From assembly GCA_016722295.1 (NCBI GenBank), contig JADKGL010000029.1, positions 147,040 to 211,039 of the forward strand: a DNA stretch of 64,000 bases. Direction: 5' to 3'. Source of the DNA: Saprospiraceae bacterium (GTDB lineage: Bacteria > Bacteroidota > Bacteroidia > Chitinophagales > Saprospiraceae). The notes under the pieces are model-generated. The model searched no databases and was not told the origin of the DNA. It saw only the letters and a program-made list of their open reading frames with translations. Below are positions 1 to 10,191 of this stretch, piece after piece (within the stretch, counting starts at the first letter, position 1; the number at the start of each line of letters is the position of its first letter). Made by a program: the position numbers and the translations under genes.

Positions 1-106
1 CTTGTCCTCTATCAAGAACAACAGGCAATGGATGATAATTGTGTGCGCCATATTTCTCTTCTAAAAGAATATAATTTTGAGAGATTTGATTTTTTATCGA
101 TTGCAT
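1..106 (-). CDS. ornithine aminotransferase-like class III aminotransferase, first 35 codons only (gene continues past the left window edge)
   Basis: Too short for the ORF track. Minus-strand ATG at 104-106. My translation MQSIKNQISQNYILLEEKYGAHNYHPLPVVLDRGQ carries the YGAHNYHPLPVV motif typical of the N-terminus of ornithine--oxo-acid aminotransferases. Confidence 0.5.
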   Translation of the reverse strand, partial: MQSIKNQISQNYILLEEKYGAHNYHPLPVVLDRGQ

Positions 107-123
107 ATTCTTGATTTTATAAA

Positions 124-711
124 CTAACTGCAAAGCTGCAAAATTTGTTTATGAATAGTAATTACTTGAGGGATTAATTTGAATGGTTCATAGTTGTTAA
201 TGATAAAATCCGAATGCATTTTGAGGTATTCATCAGAATGTTGATTTTTTATTCTGGCTTGAACATTTTCAATAGTAGTGTGATCTCTTTGAAGTACTCG
301 TTCGATTCTTATTTTTTTAGGAGCGACAACAGCAATAACCTTGTGTACAGTTTGTTGTTTAACTGTATCAAGTAGGAGAGCGGATTCTTTAATGATATAA
401 GCTGAAGTTTGATGTTGCCGCCAAAGATCAAAATCATCGAATACATATGGATGGATGATCTGATTTAAAGCTTTCAATTTTACTTCGTCTTGAAATACGA
501 TTTCAGCTATATATGCACGATTGTATGAACCATTGATATAAGTTTTTTCTCCAAAAGCGGCAATAAGTTTTTTTTGTAATTCTACATTAGAATGGATCAA
601 ATTTTTAGCTTCAATATCTGAATTATAAATAGGAATGCCTATTGTGTTAAAAATTTTAGCTACAGTTGATTTTCCACTACCTATTCCTCCAGTTAAACCT
701 ACTATTAGCAT
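124..711 (-). CDS. coaE: dephospho-CoA kinase
   Basis: 195 aa. N-terminal P-loop GLTGGIGSGKST; size and layout typical of CoaE. Confidence 0.9.
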   Translation of the reverse strand: MLIVGLTGGIGSGKSTVAKIFNTIGIPIYNSDIEAKNLIHSNVELQKKLIAAFGEKTYINGSYNRAYIAEIVFQDEVKLKALNQIIHPYVFDDFDLWRQHQTSAYIIKESALLLDTVKQQTVHKVIAVVAPKKIRIERVLQRDHTTIENVQARIKNQHSDEYLKMHSDFIINNYEPFKLIPQVITIHKQILQLCS

Positions 712-727
712 GTTAATCTTTTTTAAT

Positions 728-1366
728 CTAATCTAATCTAATAATTTCGCATCCAAAGATATTATAAACATCTATATCTGCTGAATTTTTATCTAGAATC
801 GACTTTATTTGTTTGAAATATTCGGCTTCTGTTTTTGATGAAATCTCAATAAGTAGTTCATTCCCTAAGCTATCGGTATTCATTTCCAAAAGTTTTCCAT
901 GGAAGAGTTTGAGTTGATTTAAAAAACTTTGCGCTTGAGCAAATCCACAAGTGATTTTAAAGTTTGATAGTCTATTTATTTCAATTATGGTACATGATTC
1001 AAGACAGATTTGAGAAGCAGTTTTATACGCTTTTATTAAACCTCCAGTGCCAAGTAAAATTCCTCCAAAATATCGAACAACGAATATTGCTATATTCGTA
1101 AGGTGTAATTTGTCTATTTGTCCTAAAATGGGTTTTCCCGCAGTTCCGCTTGGCTCGCCGTCATCAACTGTACGAAACACATTTTGATCAAATCCTAATC
1201 GATATGCATAACATACATGTCGAGACTTTGGATGATTTTTTTTTAAATTTTCGAAGATTTGTTTGATTTCTTCAAGTTGATTGACTGGGTAAGCATAAGC
1301 AATAAATTTGCTTGATTTTTCTGTGATTTCACATGTTTTTATATCCGCTATACTAAAATATTCCAT
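728..1366 (-). CDS. YigZ / IMPACT-family protein (UPF0029)
   Basis: 212 aa. HVCYAYRLG and DDGEPSGTAGKPIL signatures of the IMPACT N-terminal domain. Confidence 0.8.
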   Translation of the reverse strand: MEYFSIADIKTCEITEKSSKFIAYAYPVNQLEEIKQIFENLKKNHPKSRHVCYAYRLGFDQNVFRTVDDGEPSGTAGKPILGQIDKLHLTNIAIFVVRYFGGILLGTGGLIKAYKTASQICLESCTIIEINRLSNFKITCGFAQAQSFLNQLKLFHGKLLEMNTDSLGNELLIEISSKTEAEYFKQIKSILDKNSADIDVYNIFGCEIIRLD

Positions 1367-2208
1367 TAGAGATATTTAGAAATAATGAATACAGCTAACA
1401 AAGCGAGTAACAGTCCTGCAAATTTTTTAGTTGTAAATTTCTCACTGTAAAATAGAATGGAAACCAAAACTGAAATTAAAATTACTGAGCAATTTAAAAT
1501 TGGAAAAGCAATGGAGCCAGGAATTTGTTGACGTAAGGCATGGTTTAAAAAGTAAATCGAAGCAAAGTTCGGAATAGCTAAAGCAAGTCCAGAGATAATA
1601 ATTTCTTTTTTTAATAGAACTGTTTCTTTTTTAGTTAACATAAATATCAATCCAAAAAGAAAAGCAATAAAGAAAATCGAACTGGTGAATTGCATACCAG
1701 AGCTGTTGAGATTTTCTGCATATTTGTTTTTATAAATAAAAAGAATCTCAATGCACGAACTAGCACCTGCTGCAAGGAAAATTACGTTGCCCATTTTCCC
1801 AACTTTTGTATCTCCACTAGTTAGAAAGTAAATTGCAATAATTGCTAGTAGAACAGCAATTTTTTGATATAGGTTAAGCGAATCACCCATGATGAGTGCC
1901 ACAATAACTGTGACGACAACTGACATTTTTTGAATGACAGTGGTCATAGCTAGGCCATTGGATTTTATACTTTGTGCATACCAGTTAAATCCGAGAATAA
2001 AAAAAGCACCTAAAAGAATAGAGATGAGTAATTCATCCAAATGAAATTGCAATTGTTCAGAAAATGCGATAAGAATAAATCCAATTATACTACAAAAAAA
2101 ATAGTTCAAAAGGATAATAGAAAATATAGAATAATTTCTCTTTTGGAATTCTTTAAAACCAAATCCGAGGAGCACTGTACAGCATATACTAATGATTAAA
2201 CTTAGCAT
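1366..2208 (-). CDS. DMT/EamA-like integral membrane protein
   Basis: 280 aa with about ten hydrophobic helices in two halves. The family call rests on architecture only. Its TAA stop overlaps the yigZ-like ATG by 1 nt (TAATG). Confidence 0.5.
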   Translation of the reverse strand: MLSLIISICCTVLLGFGFKEFQKRNYSIFSIILLNYFFCSIIGFILIAFSEQLQFHLDELLISILLGAFFILGFNWYAQSIKSNGLAMTTVIQKMSVVVTVIVALIMGDSLNLYQKIAVLLAIIAIYFLTSGDTKVGKMGNVIFLAAGASSCIEILFIYKNKYAENLNSSGMQFTSSIFFIAFLFGLIFMLTKKETVLLKKEIIISGLALAIPNFASIYFLNHALRQQIPGSIAFPILNCSVILISVLVSILFYSEKFTTKKFAGLLLALLAVFIISKYL

Positions 2209-2295
2209 CTTGCCGCAAAGATACTGATTTGTCAGATATATTTATATTTGAATAATAGGGAGGAGTAATCGAATTGAATTAGATGAAATTTATTG

Positions 2296-2865
2296 CTATT
2301 CTTTTTTGCCAAGAAATTCTTCTGTGAAATGTATTTTTTCTTTTGGTTTAGAAAATTTATCAGAATTGTATGTAGTAGAATTTCCTTTGGGAATAGAAAG
2401 TGAATTCCATTTCTCATCACACATCATTTTGCCTATAAAGACTATTTGACCAATATGATAAGGGTAATGTGCCAGTTGCCGATTGATCGCTTCAATAACA
2501 CTATGGCCTTGATTTCGAATGTAAATTATTTTTGTCAAATCGTCTTCAGTCAACGCATGTAATGCACTAAAAAGGCAATTCCATCCTTGGTTCCATTTTT
2601 CTAAAAGTTCAATTTTTGTTTTGATATCATTTTCAAATTCTGCATCTCTTTGTCGCCATTCTTTTTCACCATCCGAAGTTAAAAAATCAGTCCAACGGGA
2701 GAGCATATTTCCACATAAATGTTTTACAATTATTGCTATGCTATTACTTTCCGCATTGTATTGCCAAAAGAGCTGATCTTCTGACACTTGGTCAAAAGTC
2801 TTTTCGCCTAGCATTTTATAGTATTCAAATTGTTTGATTGAACTATTGAGAAAATCATTATTCAT
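2296..2865 (-). CDS. DinB-superfamily protein (DUF1572-like)
   Basis: The track ORF 2296..2889 begins at a TTG. The first ATG (2863-2865) gives MNNDFLNSSIKQFEYYK. Helical-bundle pattern with conserved His positions (VKHLCGNM, QLAHYPYHIGQIV). Confidence 0.7.
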   Translation of the reverse strand: MNNDFLNSSIKQFEYYKMLGEKTFDQVSEDQLFWQYNAESNSIAIIVKHLCGNMLSRWTDFLTSDGEKEWRQRDAEFENDIKTKIELLEKWNQGWNCLFSALHALTEDDLTKIIYIRNQGHSVIEAINRQLAHYPYHIGQIVFIGKMMCDEKWNSLSIPKGNSTTYNSDKFSKPKEKIHFTEEFLGKKE

Positions 2866-3204
2866 TATTGTTAGTTTTAAAAAGTACAATCAATAGACAT
2901 ATTTGTTTAATTTATTTTATATTTGCTTGAACTTTTAGATGTTATAAGAGTAAATTTTAGTATTTTTGTTTGTGCTAAGGACAAAGATGAGCCTTGAAAA
3001 GTTATATAGAATTATAGTTGCTCTATGTGTATTTATTTCAATGTATGGATTAGAACTAGTTCATATGCATTCTAATTGGTTTGAAATTTCATTTTATATA
3101 TCAAAAATTTCAAAATATTTAACTTTGTTTTTGCCGATTACCATAGTATTTATATTTTTGGATAAAATGGTTAGGCTTATTTCTGTTTTTGTGTTAATTG
3201 ACAT

Positions 3205-4632
3205 TTATATATTTTTAGCCTCCGTAAAAAATCGCATCGCTTCTTCACCTCCTTCTCTACCTACGCCAGAATCTTTCATTCCACCGAAAGGAGTGCGTAG
3301 ATCTCTCAGTAGCCAACAATTGATCCATACGATTCCTGTATTTAATTTTGTCGTCAATTGCATCGCTCTATTATGATTATTTGTCCATACTGATGCTGCA
3401 AGTCCATAGTTGGAATCATTTGCGAGAGTTATTGCTTCTTCATCTGTATTGAAGCTTTGGATTGTTATGACCGGTCCAAAAATTTCTTCTTGATTTGTTC
3501 GACATTGAGGACCTAAGTTTTCAATTATAGTGGGTTCGATGAATGCATTGTTTTGGGTCTGCGAATTTGTAATTGGAATTTTACCACCGCACAAAATTAC
3601 TCCACCTTCTTCCTTGGCTAGTTGAATATAGTTCATCACTTTTTGTTGATGAGCTTTCGATATTAAGGATCCGATCTGCGTTGCTTCGAGTAATGGATCA
3701 CCAATATTTAATTGCTGAACTTTGTGGATCAAATCAGTTTTGAATTTTTCATAAATACTTTGCTCGATTAAGATTCTACTACCACATAGACAAATCTGTC
3801 CTTGATTAGAGAATGCAAGTCTACTTACTTCGGAGATTGTTTTTTCATACTCACAATCTGCAAAAATTAAACAAGGATTTTTACCACCTAACTCCAAGCT
3901 TATTTTTTTAAACATTGGTGCTGCAACTTCAGCAATTTTTTTGCCTGTATTAGTTCCACCTGTAAAAGAAATCGCTTTGATATCTGGATGTGCTACAATG
4001 GCTGAACCTGTATGCAGTCCATCACCATGCAAAATATTTAATACTCCTTTTGGCAAGCCTGCTTCATTGCAAATCTCACCTAACAAATAAGCAGTGGTTG
4101 GACTTAATTCAGAGGGCTTGGCAATAACACAATTTCCTGCTGCCAATGCTGGTGCAATCTTCCAAGTGAATAAATAGAGAGGTAAATTCCAAGGCGATAT
4201 GCAGCCTACGACACCGATGGGTTGGCGCAATGTGTAATTGATTGCATAGTCACCCATGGCATGACTTTCTGATGCAAATTGCATTGCAGCCGTCGCAAAA
4301 AAACGAAAATTGGAAGCGGCACGTGGGATGTCTACTGCTTTCGAAAACTTAATTGGTTTGCCTGTATCTGTTGTTTCTGCTAGGGCTAATTCATCAAGTT
4401 TTGATTCAATGAGATCGGCGATTTTATTTAGAATTTTAAAGCGATCTTCGCCAGATGTAGTTGCCCAAGATTTCTTTGCAATTGTTGCTGCCTCTACTGC
4501 TAATTGTACATCTTCATGCGTAGAATTGGGAAGTAATGAAATTACTTTGCCTGTAGCTGGATTCATATTTTCTATATAATTACCCAATGTTGGTTCTAGA
4601 AAATCTCCTCCAATAAAATTTTTTAATTTCAT
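3205..4632 (-). CDS. NAD(P)-dependent aldehyde dehydrogenase
   Basis: 475 aa. ALDH motifs FTGGTNTGKKI, LELGGKNP and the catalytic-Cys region FSNQGQICLCGSR. Confidence 0.9.
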   Translation of the reverse strand: MKLKNFIGGDFLEPTLGNYIENMNPATGKVISLLPNSTHEDVQLAVEAATIAKKSWATTSGEDRFKILNKIADLIESKLDELALAETTDTGKPIKFSKAVDIPRAASNFRFFATAAMQFASESHAMGDYAINYTLRQPIGVVGCISPWNLPLYLFTWKIAPALAAGNCVIAKPSELSPTTAYLLGEICNEAGLPKGVLNILHGDGLHTGSAIVAHPDIKAISFTGGTNTGKKIAEVAAPMFKKISLELGGKNPCLIFADCEYEKTISEVSRLAFSNQGQICLCGSRILIEQSIYEKFKTDLIHKVQQLNIGDPLLEATQIGSLISKAHQQKVMNYIQLAKEEGGVILCGGKIPITNSQTQNNAFIEPTIIENLGPQCRTNQEEIFGPVITIQSFNTDEEAITLANDSNYGLAASVWTNNHNRAMQLTTKLNTGIVWINCWLLRDLRTPFGGMKDSGVGREGGEEAMRFFTEAKNI

Positions 4633-4645
4633 CTTTTTTATTTCT

Positions 4646-5710
4646 CTAAATCAATTCTTTGCCAAAATGATTTTCAACATCACTCACTAATTTTTTTATC
4701 TCTTGTTCTTCTTGCATATCACAAATCATAAGAACATCTTTCGTATTGATGACAATGAAGTTTTTTAAACCATGTATTGCGATTAATTTTTTTTCTTCAT
4801 TTTTTATCATGCAATCAGAAACTTCATGGAGAACTGTCATATTAGCATGCACAACATTGCCATCATTATCGTGATCAGACAATGAATAGATTGAACCAAA
4901 TGTACCTAAGTCACTCCAGCCAAAATCTACTGTTTTCACATATACTGATTCAGCTTTTTCCAAAATCCCTACATCGATGGAAATACTTCTACAATTAGAA
5001 TATATACTTTGAATTGATGACTGATCTTTGTATTTAGAGAAAGATTCGGCAAGTTCAGGTAGATGTATTTTTATTTGATTTACTATTTCTGCTGCTTTCC
5101 ACAGAAACATTCCACTATTCCATAAGTAATTTCCTTGTCTAAGATATTCTACTGCAGTATTGTGATTTGGTTTTTCTACAAATTGTTTGACTGGATAGAT
5201 TTCATATAAATTCGATTCCTCTTGGTGGAATTGAATATAACCATATCCAGTATCAGGTCTTGAAGCTTGGATTCCTAATGTGATTAAACAATTATTTTGA
5301 TTTAAAAATTCTTCAGCTTCTTCAATGTCTCTTACAAATTGAGATTCATTTGTAATCAGATGATCTGCAGGTGCTACTAGCATGTTTGCATTTGGATTTT
5401 TAAGCAAGATTGCAGAGGCTGCAAAAGCAATACATGGTGCAGTATTTTTGCGAGATGGCTCTAACAATATATTTTCAGTTTTAATAAGTGGTAGCTGTTC
5501 TTGAATGAGATCTAGATAATCTTCATGACATACAACCCAAATATTTGCACTAGGAGCTAATTGCGAAAGCCTATCAAAAGTCATTTGAATAAGGGATCTT
5601 CCTGTGCCTAGAAAATCTAGAAATTGTTTTGGTTTATTGGTTCTACTCATTGGCCAAAAGCGGCTTCCCACACCTCCAGCTAGGATGACTGCATGTAAAT
5701 CGGATTTCAT
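4646..5710 (-). CDS. mannose-1-phosphate guanylyltransferase (NTP-transferase family)
   Basis: 354 aa. N-terminal nucleotide-binding loop ILAGGVGSRFWPMSR..KPKQF; length fits the transferase-only form. Confidence 0.8.
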   Translation of the reverse strand: MKSDLHAVILAGGVGSRFWPMSRTNKPKQFLDFLGTGRSLIQMTFDRLSQLAPSANIWVVCHEDYLDLIQEQLPLIKTENILLEPSRKNTAPCIAFAASAILLKNPNANMLVAPADHLITNESQFVRDIEEAEEFLNQNNCLITLGIQASRPDTGYGYIQFHQEESNLYEIYPVKQFVEKPNHNTAVEYLRQGNYLWNSGMFLWKAAEIVNQIKIHLPELAESFSKYKDQSSIQSIYSNCRSISIDVGILEKAESVYVKTVDFGWSDLGTFGSIYSLSDHDNDGNVVHANMTVLHEVSDCMIKNEEKKLIAIHGLKNFIVINTKDVLMICDMQEEQEIKKLVSDVENHFGKELI

Positions 5711-5734
5711 ATTTATTATAGTATTAGATTGAGA

Positions 5735-7024
5735 TTAATCAATAAATTTATCCATACCTTTTTTTAATGATTCGAGTATCTCTGGAATATTTTTTGAATC
5801 TAGTGTTCCAACTGAAATACGATACCATGCAGAATCGGCTGACGCACCAAAAGCTTTAAATGGCACTATAGCTATACCGCATTGATCAATGAGGTATTTT
5901 GTAACATCTGATTGTTGATGTAAGGTCAGTTCATTTGTTTTTTTACCTTTCCATGGAAATTGAGCTGTAAGATATATGGCTGCTTGTGGTGGTATAACAT
6001 CAATTGGGTAATTTTGATTTTTCAATGAATTCAATCCTTCATAAAGACCAGTTAATCTTTTTTCAATCTCAGGTATAAACCAATGCAAATAGTTAGATAC
6101 GGCAGCTTCATTTCCCATGAATTCTGCTGTTGCAATTTGCTCTGCCTTTGGTGCCCATGCCCCAACATGTGATAGAATTGACTTCATCTTATCAATTACA
6201 TGAAAAGGGCCAAATGTCCAACCAACTCTAACACCAGTTGCAGCAAAAACTTTCGAAAGCCCATCGACATAAATTACATAATCTTTCAATTCTTTTAAGA
6301 GACCTACCGGTTCATAATGTTTGACATTTCCAAAAGTCAACTGCCAATATATTTGATCGTATAGAATATATAACGGTTTTTGCTTGCCTTTTCTTCTTAC
6401 ATTTTCTGCTAGTACAAGTTCACAAATTTCTAGTAATGTGTCTTTCTCAAATACAGTTCCCGTGGGATTTTGAGGAGAGCAAAGCGCAATCATTGTTGCT
6501 TCTTTAATGTAAGGAGCTATGTCGGATGCTCTAGGCATGAAGTTTTGTTCTGGACCAACTTCCAATTCAATTTTTTGAGCGGCACTTAAATGACAGTAAT
6601 GATTGTTATTCCAAGAGGGTGTAGCAAAAATAACTTTATCTCCTGGATCAATAATCGTTTTGTAAATAGAATATATAATCGGTCTAGCTCCAGCAGAAAT
6701 TAAGATTTCATCTGTGCTATATGTGAGGTTCAATTTTGAAGAAATATATTTTGACAAAACTGATCTTAATTCAAGCATGCCATTTGCCATAGGATAGTTG
6801 GTGTGTCCTTTTCTATAGGCATCAATAATATATTCAGTCAACTCTGGCGGGATGCCAAAAATTTTAGGGTCAAAATCGCCTATAGTGAGATTATAAATTT
6901 TTTCACCTTGTTTAATTTTTGCGTTGATTTCATTCCCTAATTTTATGATTTCTGAAGGAATAAGATTTTCAGCCATATGAGAGCAAAGATCAATAGCAGC
7001 TGCATTCGTAAGTTCTGAGTTCAT
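5735..7024 (-). CDS. PLP-dependent aminotransferase, class I/II
   Basis: 429 aa. CSPQNPTG, YDQIYW and DGLSKVFAATGVRVGW (PLP-lysine) motifs. Confidence 0.85.
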   Translation of the reverse strand: MNSELTNAAAIDLCSHMAENLIPSEIIKLGNEINAKIKQGEKIYNLTIGDFDPKIFGIPPELTEYIIDAYRKGHTNYPMANGMLELRSVLSKYISSKLNLTYSTDEILISAGARPIIYSIYKTIIDPGDKVIFATPSWNNNHYCHLSAAQKIELEVGPEQNFMPRASDIAPYIKEATMIALCSPQNPTGTVFEKDTLLEICELVLAENVRRKGKQKPLYILYDQIYWQLTFGNVKHYEPVGLLKELKDYVIYVDGLSKVFAATGVRVGWTFGPFHVIDKMKSILSHVGAWAPKAEQIATAEFMGNEAAVSNYLHWFIPEIEKRLTGLYEGLNSLKNQNYPIDVIPPQAAIYLTAQFPWKGKKTNELTLHQQSDVTKYLIDQCGIAIVPFKAFGASADSAWYRISVGTLDSKNIPEILESLKKGMDKFID

Positions 7025-7108
7025 GAAAATGTATTTTTCTAGGACACAATATATTGAAAACTATTATAATGTTAAATTAATTCTTTAAAATTGCACATAT
7101 TTTGATTT

Positions 7109-7837
7109 ATGCCAAAGCATTTTGTACATAAAAGTAGAAAAGAAATAGATTTTTTAGAGGGTCCACAGAGCAGATGGAAAGAATTGATGTTTCTAAAAGA
7201 TGTATTTTTTGATTTATTGAATGGATTGCGAAAACTTCATTTCAGCGGACCTTGTGTAACAGTATTTGGTTCAGCAAGATTTCATCCTGAACATGAATAT
7301 TATAAAGTAGGGGAGAGAGTTGGTGCAGAAATTGCAAATTTAGGCTTTACAGTTATGACTGGAGGTGGACCAGGAATTATGGAAGCAGCAAATAAAGGTG
7401 CAAAATCAGTTGGTGGTAGAAGTGTAGGATGTAATATTATTCTACCTTTTGAACAAACTGCAAATCCATATCTAGATCGATGGGTAGATATGGAGTTTTT
7501 TTTTACTCGAAAAGCAATACTTCGCAAATATTCATATGGTTTTGTAGTCCTACCTGGTGGATTTGGAACAATGGATGAATTTTTTGAGGCGATGACACTA
7601 ATTCAAACTGGGAAAATGACTCATTTTCCAATTATTATTTATGGTCGCGAATACCACAAGAACTTACTAGAATTCATTGATGATCTCAAAAAATATAAAA
7701 CCATTTCTCCACTTGATGACAAATTGATAATTGTTACAGATGAGGTCGAAGAAGTTGTTAATTTTATAAAAGACAATATAAATATAAAAGATCATCTCAA
7801 ACATTACAATAAACCCAAAAAGTGGTTGTTTGAATGA
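7109..7837 (+). CDS. LOG-family (TIGR00730) Rossmann-fold nucleotide-binding protein
   Basis: 242 aa. GGGPGIMEAANKGA and PGGFGTMDEFFE motifs of the LOG / lysine-decarboxylase-like family. Confidence 0.85.
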   Translation: MPKHFVHKSRKEIDFLEGPQSRWKELMFLKDVFFDLLNGLRKLHFSGPCVTVFGSARFHPEHEYYKVGERVGAEIANLGFTVMTGGGPGIMEAANKGAKSVGGRSVGCNIILPFEQTANPYLDRWVDMEFFFTRKAILRKYSYGFVVLPGGFGTMDEFFEAMTLIQTGKMTHFPIIIYGREYHKNLLEFIDDLKKYKTISPLDDKLIIVTDEVEEVVNFIKDNINIKDHLKHYNKPKKWLFE

Positions 7838-8688
7838 TGGAATTATTACTTCCTAGTCCTGAGCAAAAATTATTTATTCCTCGTCTAAATCATGAGATTA
7901 TTTTCAAGCGTGATGATTTGATTCATCCTATTGTTAGTGGCAATAAATGGCGTAAACTAAAATATCATTTGACTGCTTTCGAAGAGTCAAAAAAGAAATG
8001 CATTGTATCAATAGGTGGTGCTCATTCAAATCATTTGCATGCACTTTCTTATCTCTGTTTTCAATTGCAGATTCCATGCAAATTATTGATATATGGTTCT
8101 CCTAATTCAACGATAGAGAATAATACATTGCAAGATTGCCTTTCCTGGGGAGCCTCTATCGATTATATTTCTAGGCGTGAAGCTAAATCGAATTTTTTAT
8201 CTTATGCTTCTGATGATTATTTTATAGAAGAAGGTGGGAAAGGTGAAATAGCACAGCAAGGGATGGGTGAGTTGGTCGATGAGTTAATTGATTTCGAAGA
8301 CAATTCCAAGACTTTAATTGCTGTTGCGTATGGGACAGGTACTAGTGTGCAAGCATTGCTTAAAAAAACTAACGAATGCCATGTAGTCACGTTGTCTCCA
8401 GTTAAAAATAATCAATTACTTCAGCATTCAAGATTACATTATTTGATAGATTATTTAAATTTATCGTTTGCCGGATTTTCTAATGAATATTATTCTAAAA
8501 TCATAGCATTTCAAAAGGAAACTAGCATCTTATTAGATCCTGTTTATACAGGAAAGTTATACTTGAATTTAATTCACTCTTCGATTAATTTTATGAATTA
8601 TAATAAAATATATTTTGTGCACAGCGGGGGCTTACAAGCTTGGAGAGATTATCGGCAGCGATATAAAGATAAAATCATAGCTGATTAG
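7834..8688 (+). CDS. PLP-dependent enzyme of the ACC deaminase / D-cysteine desulfhydrase family
   Basis: 284 aa. GNKWRKLKY (PLP lysine) and GGAHSNH motifs. The ATG overlaps the upstream stop (ATGA). Confidence 0.75.
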   Translation: MMELLLPSPEQKLFIPRLNHEIIFKRDDLIHPIVSGNKWRKLKYHLTAFEESKKKCIVSIGGAHSNHLHALSYLCFQLQIPCKLLIYGSPNSTIENNTLQDCLSWGASIDYISRREAKSNFLSYASDDYFIEEGGKGEIAQQGMGELVDELIDFEDNSKTLIAVAYGTGTSVQALLKKTNECHVVTLSPVKNNQLLQHSRLHYLIDYLNLSFAGFSNEYYSKIIAFQKETSILLDPVYTGKLYLNLIHSSINFMNYNKIYFVHSGGLQAWRDYRQRYKDKIIAD

Positions 8689-8720
8689 AGTGTTGATTCA
8701 GAATACAAAGTTGAAGAAAA

Positions 8721-9398
8721 TTAAATTTTTGCCACAATGATGTATTGATATTGTAAGGTAGTGTCGTCAGAAATAATTAATTGGTATCCAGCATCAATGA
8801 GTTCTTGTTCAACTTCAGATTGGGCTAATCTTTCTTCTTGACTTGGACCTATTGGTGTAAGTTTTTTCTTAAAATCGACAATCATGATTTTGCCATTGGC
8901 TTTAAATTTGCTCCTTAGTTTTTTGAGATATTGAATGCGATTTGAGATATAGGGATAGGTGTTTGCAATGAAGGCAATATCGATTTCATTATCTTCTAGA
9001 TTTGGATTATCAGCTTGAGCTAATCGAGCCTCGAATTTATTTTGAATTTCTTGTTTATAATAGGATTTTTCTGCAATCATCATATCGACCAGCTCTTTTT
9101 CAATATCTACAGCAATTACTTTTTTTGCTTTATGGACGAAACGGAATGAAAAATATCCACTACCAGCACCTATGTCTGCAATAACTTGATTTGAGAGGTC
9201 TCCCAGTAACTCAATTATTATATAAGGTTTTTGCCAAATCGTACGATCAGTTTTTCCATCTTGCTCAGTTTGTAAATTGATTTGCGGAGAGCTTGTATCT
9301 ATATTCTTGATGGAAGTTATGGAAGGGCTTTGTTTATTGTCGTTACACGACAGCCATAGAATAAAGCTTATAAGAAATAAAAATCTGCAATTTTTCAT
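8721..9398 (-). CDS. class I SAM-dependent methyltransferase with lipoprotein signal peptide
   Basis: 225 aa. MKNCRFLFLISFILWLSC signal/lipobox, then SAM motif I VIADIGAGSGYFSF. Confidence 0.8.
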   Translation of the reverse strand: MKNCRFLFLISFILWLSCNDNKQSPSITSIKNIDTSSPQINLQTEQDGKTDRTIWQKPYIIIELLGDLSNQVIADIGAGSGYFSFRFVHKAKKVIAVDIEKELVDMMIAEKSYYKQEIQNKFEARLAQADNPNLEDNEIDIAFIANTYPYISNRIQYLKKLRSKFKANGKIMIVDFKKKLTPIGPSQEERLAQSEVEQELIDAGYQLIISDDTTLQYQYIIVAKI

Positions 9399-9441
9399 TT
9401 TTTGATTTTCCGCCGAAAATTACAAGATTTTATCTTCTTAA

Positions 9442-10191
9442 TCAAAATAAATCCCAAGTTGTAGTTTGATTATTTTCAGCCGCTTTTCGTTCTTCTTCCA
9501 ATCTTCTGGCTTCGTCTAGTCTTTCTTTTTTTGTTTTGTCAAAGGAATCTCTCGATAAAAAGTAGTCTTTGGGTTCACGATCTTTGCCTTTCCATTCATA
9601 TTCGGGCTCCTTTTCTTCTACCTCTTTATAATTTCTAAATACAAAAGCTGTCCATGCTCCGGCTAACGCTCCAAAAATATGGCTTTCCCAAGATACCTTG
9701 GCATCCGTAGGCAAGAATCCAGCCGAATATCCGCTATACATAATAACTATGATCGTCATCAATATAATTGATCTCGCATTTCTTCTGAAAATGCCTGAAA
9801 AGAAAATAAATGAAATAAAACCATAAACCAATCCACTTGCTCCAACATGTGAATATTGTCTCGCAAACATGAATACGGCAAAACCAGTTAACACCCAGAT
9901 CATAGTATATACAGCCCATCCAATCGTTCGATAGAAGAAAAAAATCATACCCACTGTAACGAGTAGAGGTGGAATATTACTAAATAAATGTGCCCAAGAA
10001 CCATGAATATAATGTCCGGTCAGAATACCATGCCATTGAGAAATAGTGCGAGGGTAGATACTGAAGTAATAGTTAGGATAAGGGATGACAATAAATAAAA
10101 TATGTATAAAAATACAGAGAAAACAAACACCAAGAGCGACTTTTAGACTATAGACTAATCGTTCCCTTTGTTCTTTAATTTCTATATTCAT
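9442..10191 (-). CDS. rhomboid-family intramembrane serine protease
   Basis: 249 aa, multi-TM. HGSWAHLFSN, GASGLVYG (catalytic Ser) and SHIFGALAG (His) motifs; charged C-terminal tail. Confidence 0.8.
   Translation of the reverse strand: MNIEIKEQRERLVYSLKVALGVCFLCIFIHILFIVIPYPNYYFSIYPRTISQWHGILTGHYIHGSWAHLFSNIPPLLVTVGMIFFFYRTIGWAVYTMIWVLTGFAVFMFARQYSHVGASGLVYGFISFIFFSGIFRRNARSIILMTIIVIMYSGYSAGFLPTDAKVSWESHIFGALAGAWTAFVFRNYKEVEEKEPEYEWKGKDREPKDYFLSRDSFDKTKKERLDEARRLEEERKAAENNQTTTWDLF

Noticed and set aside
2966-3376. 136-aa plus-strand ORF whose first about 80 residues look like a three-TM peptide in the 2890-3204 gap
   Set aside because: Its last 172 nt run antisense into the aldehyde dehydrogenase 3' end, it begins at a non-ATG codon, and hydrophobic translations are expected from T-rich DNA. 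Not reportable without conservation data.
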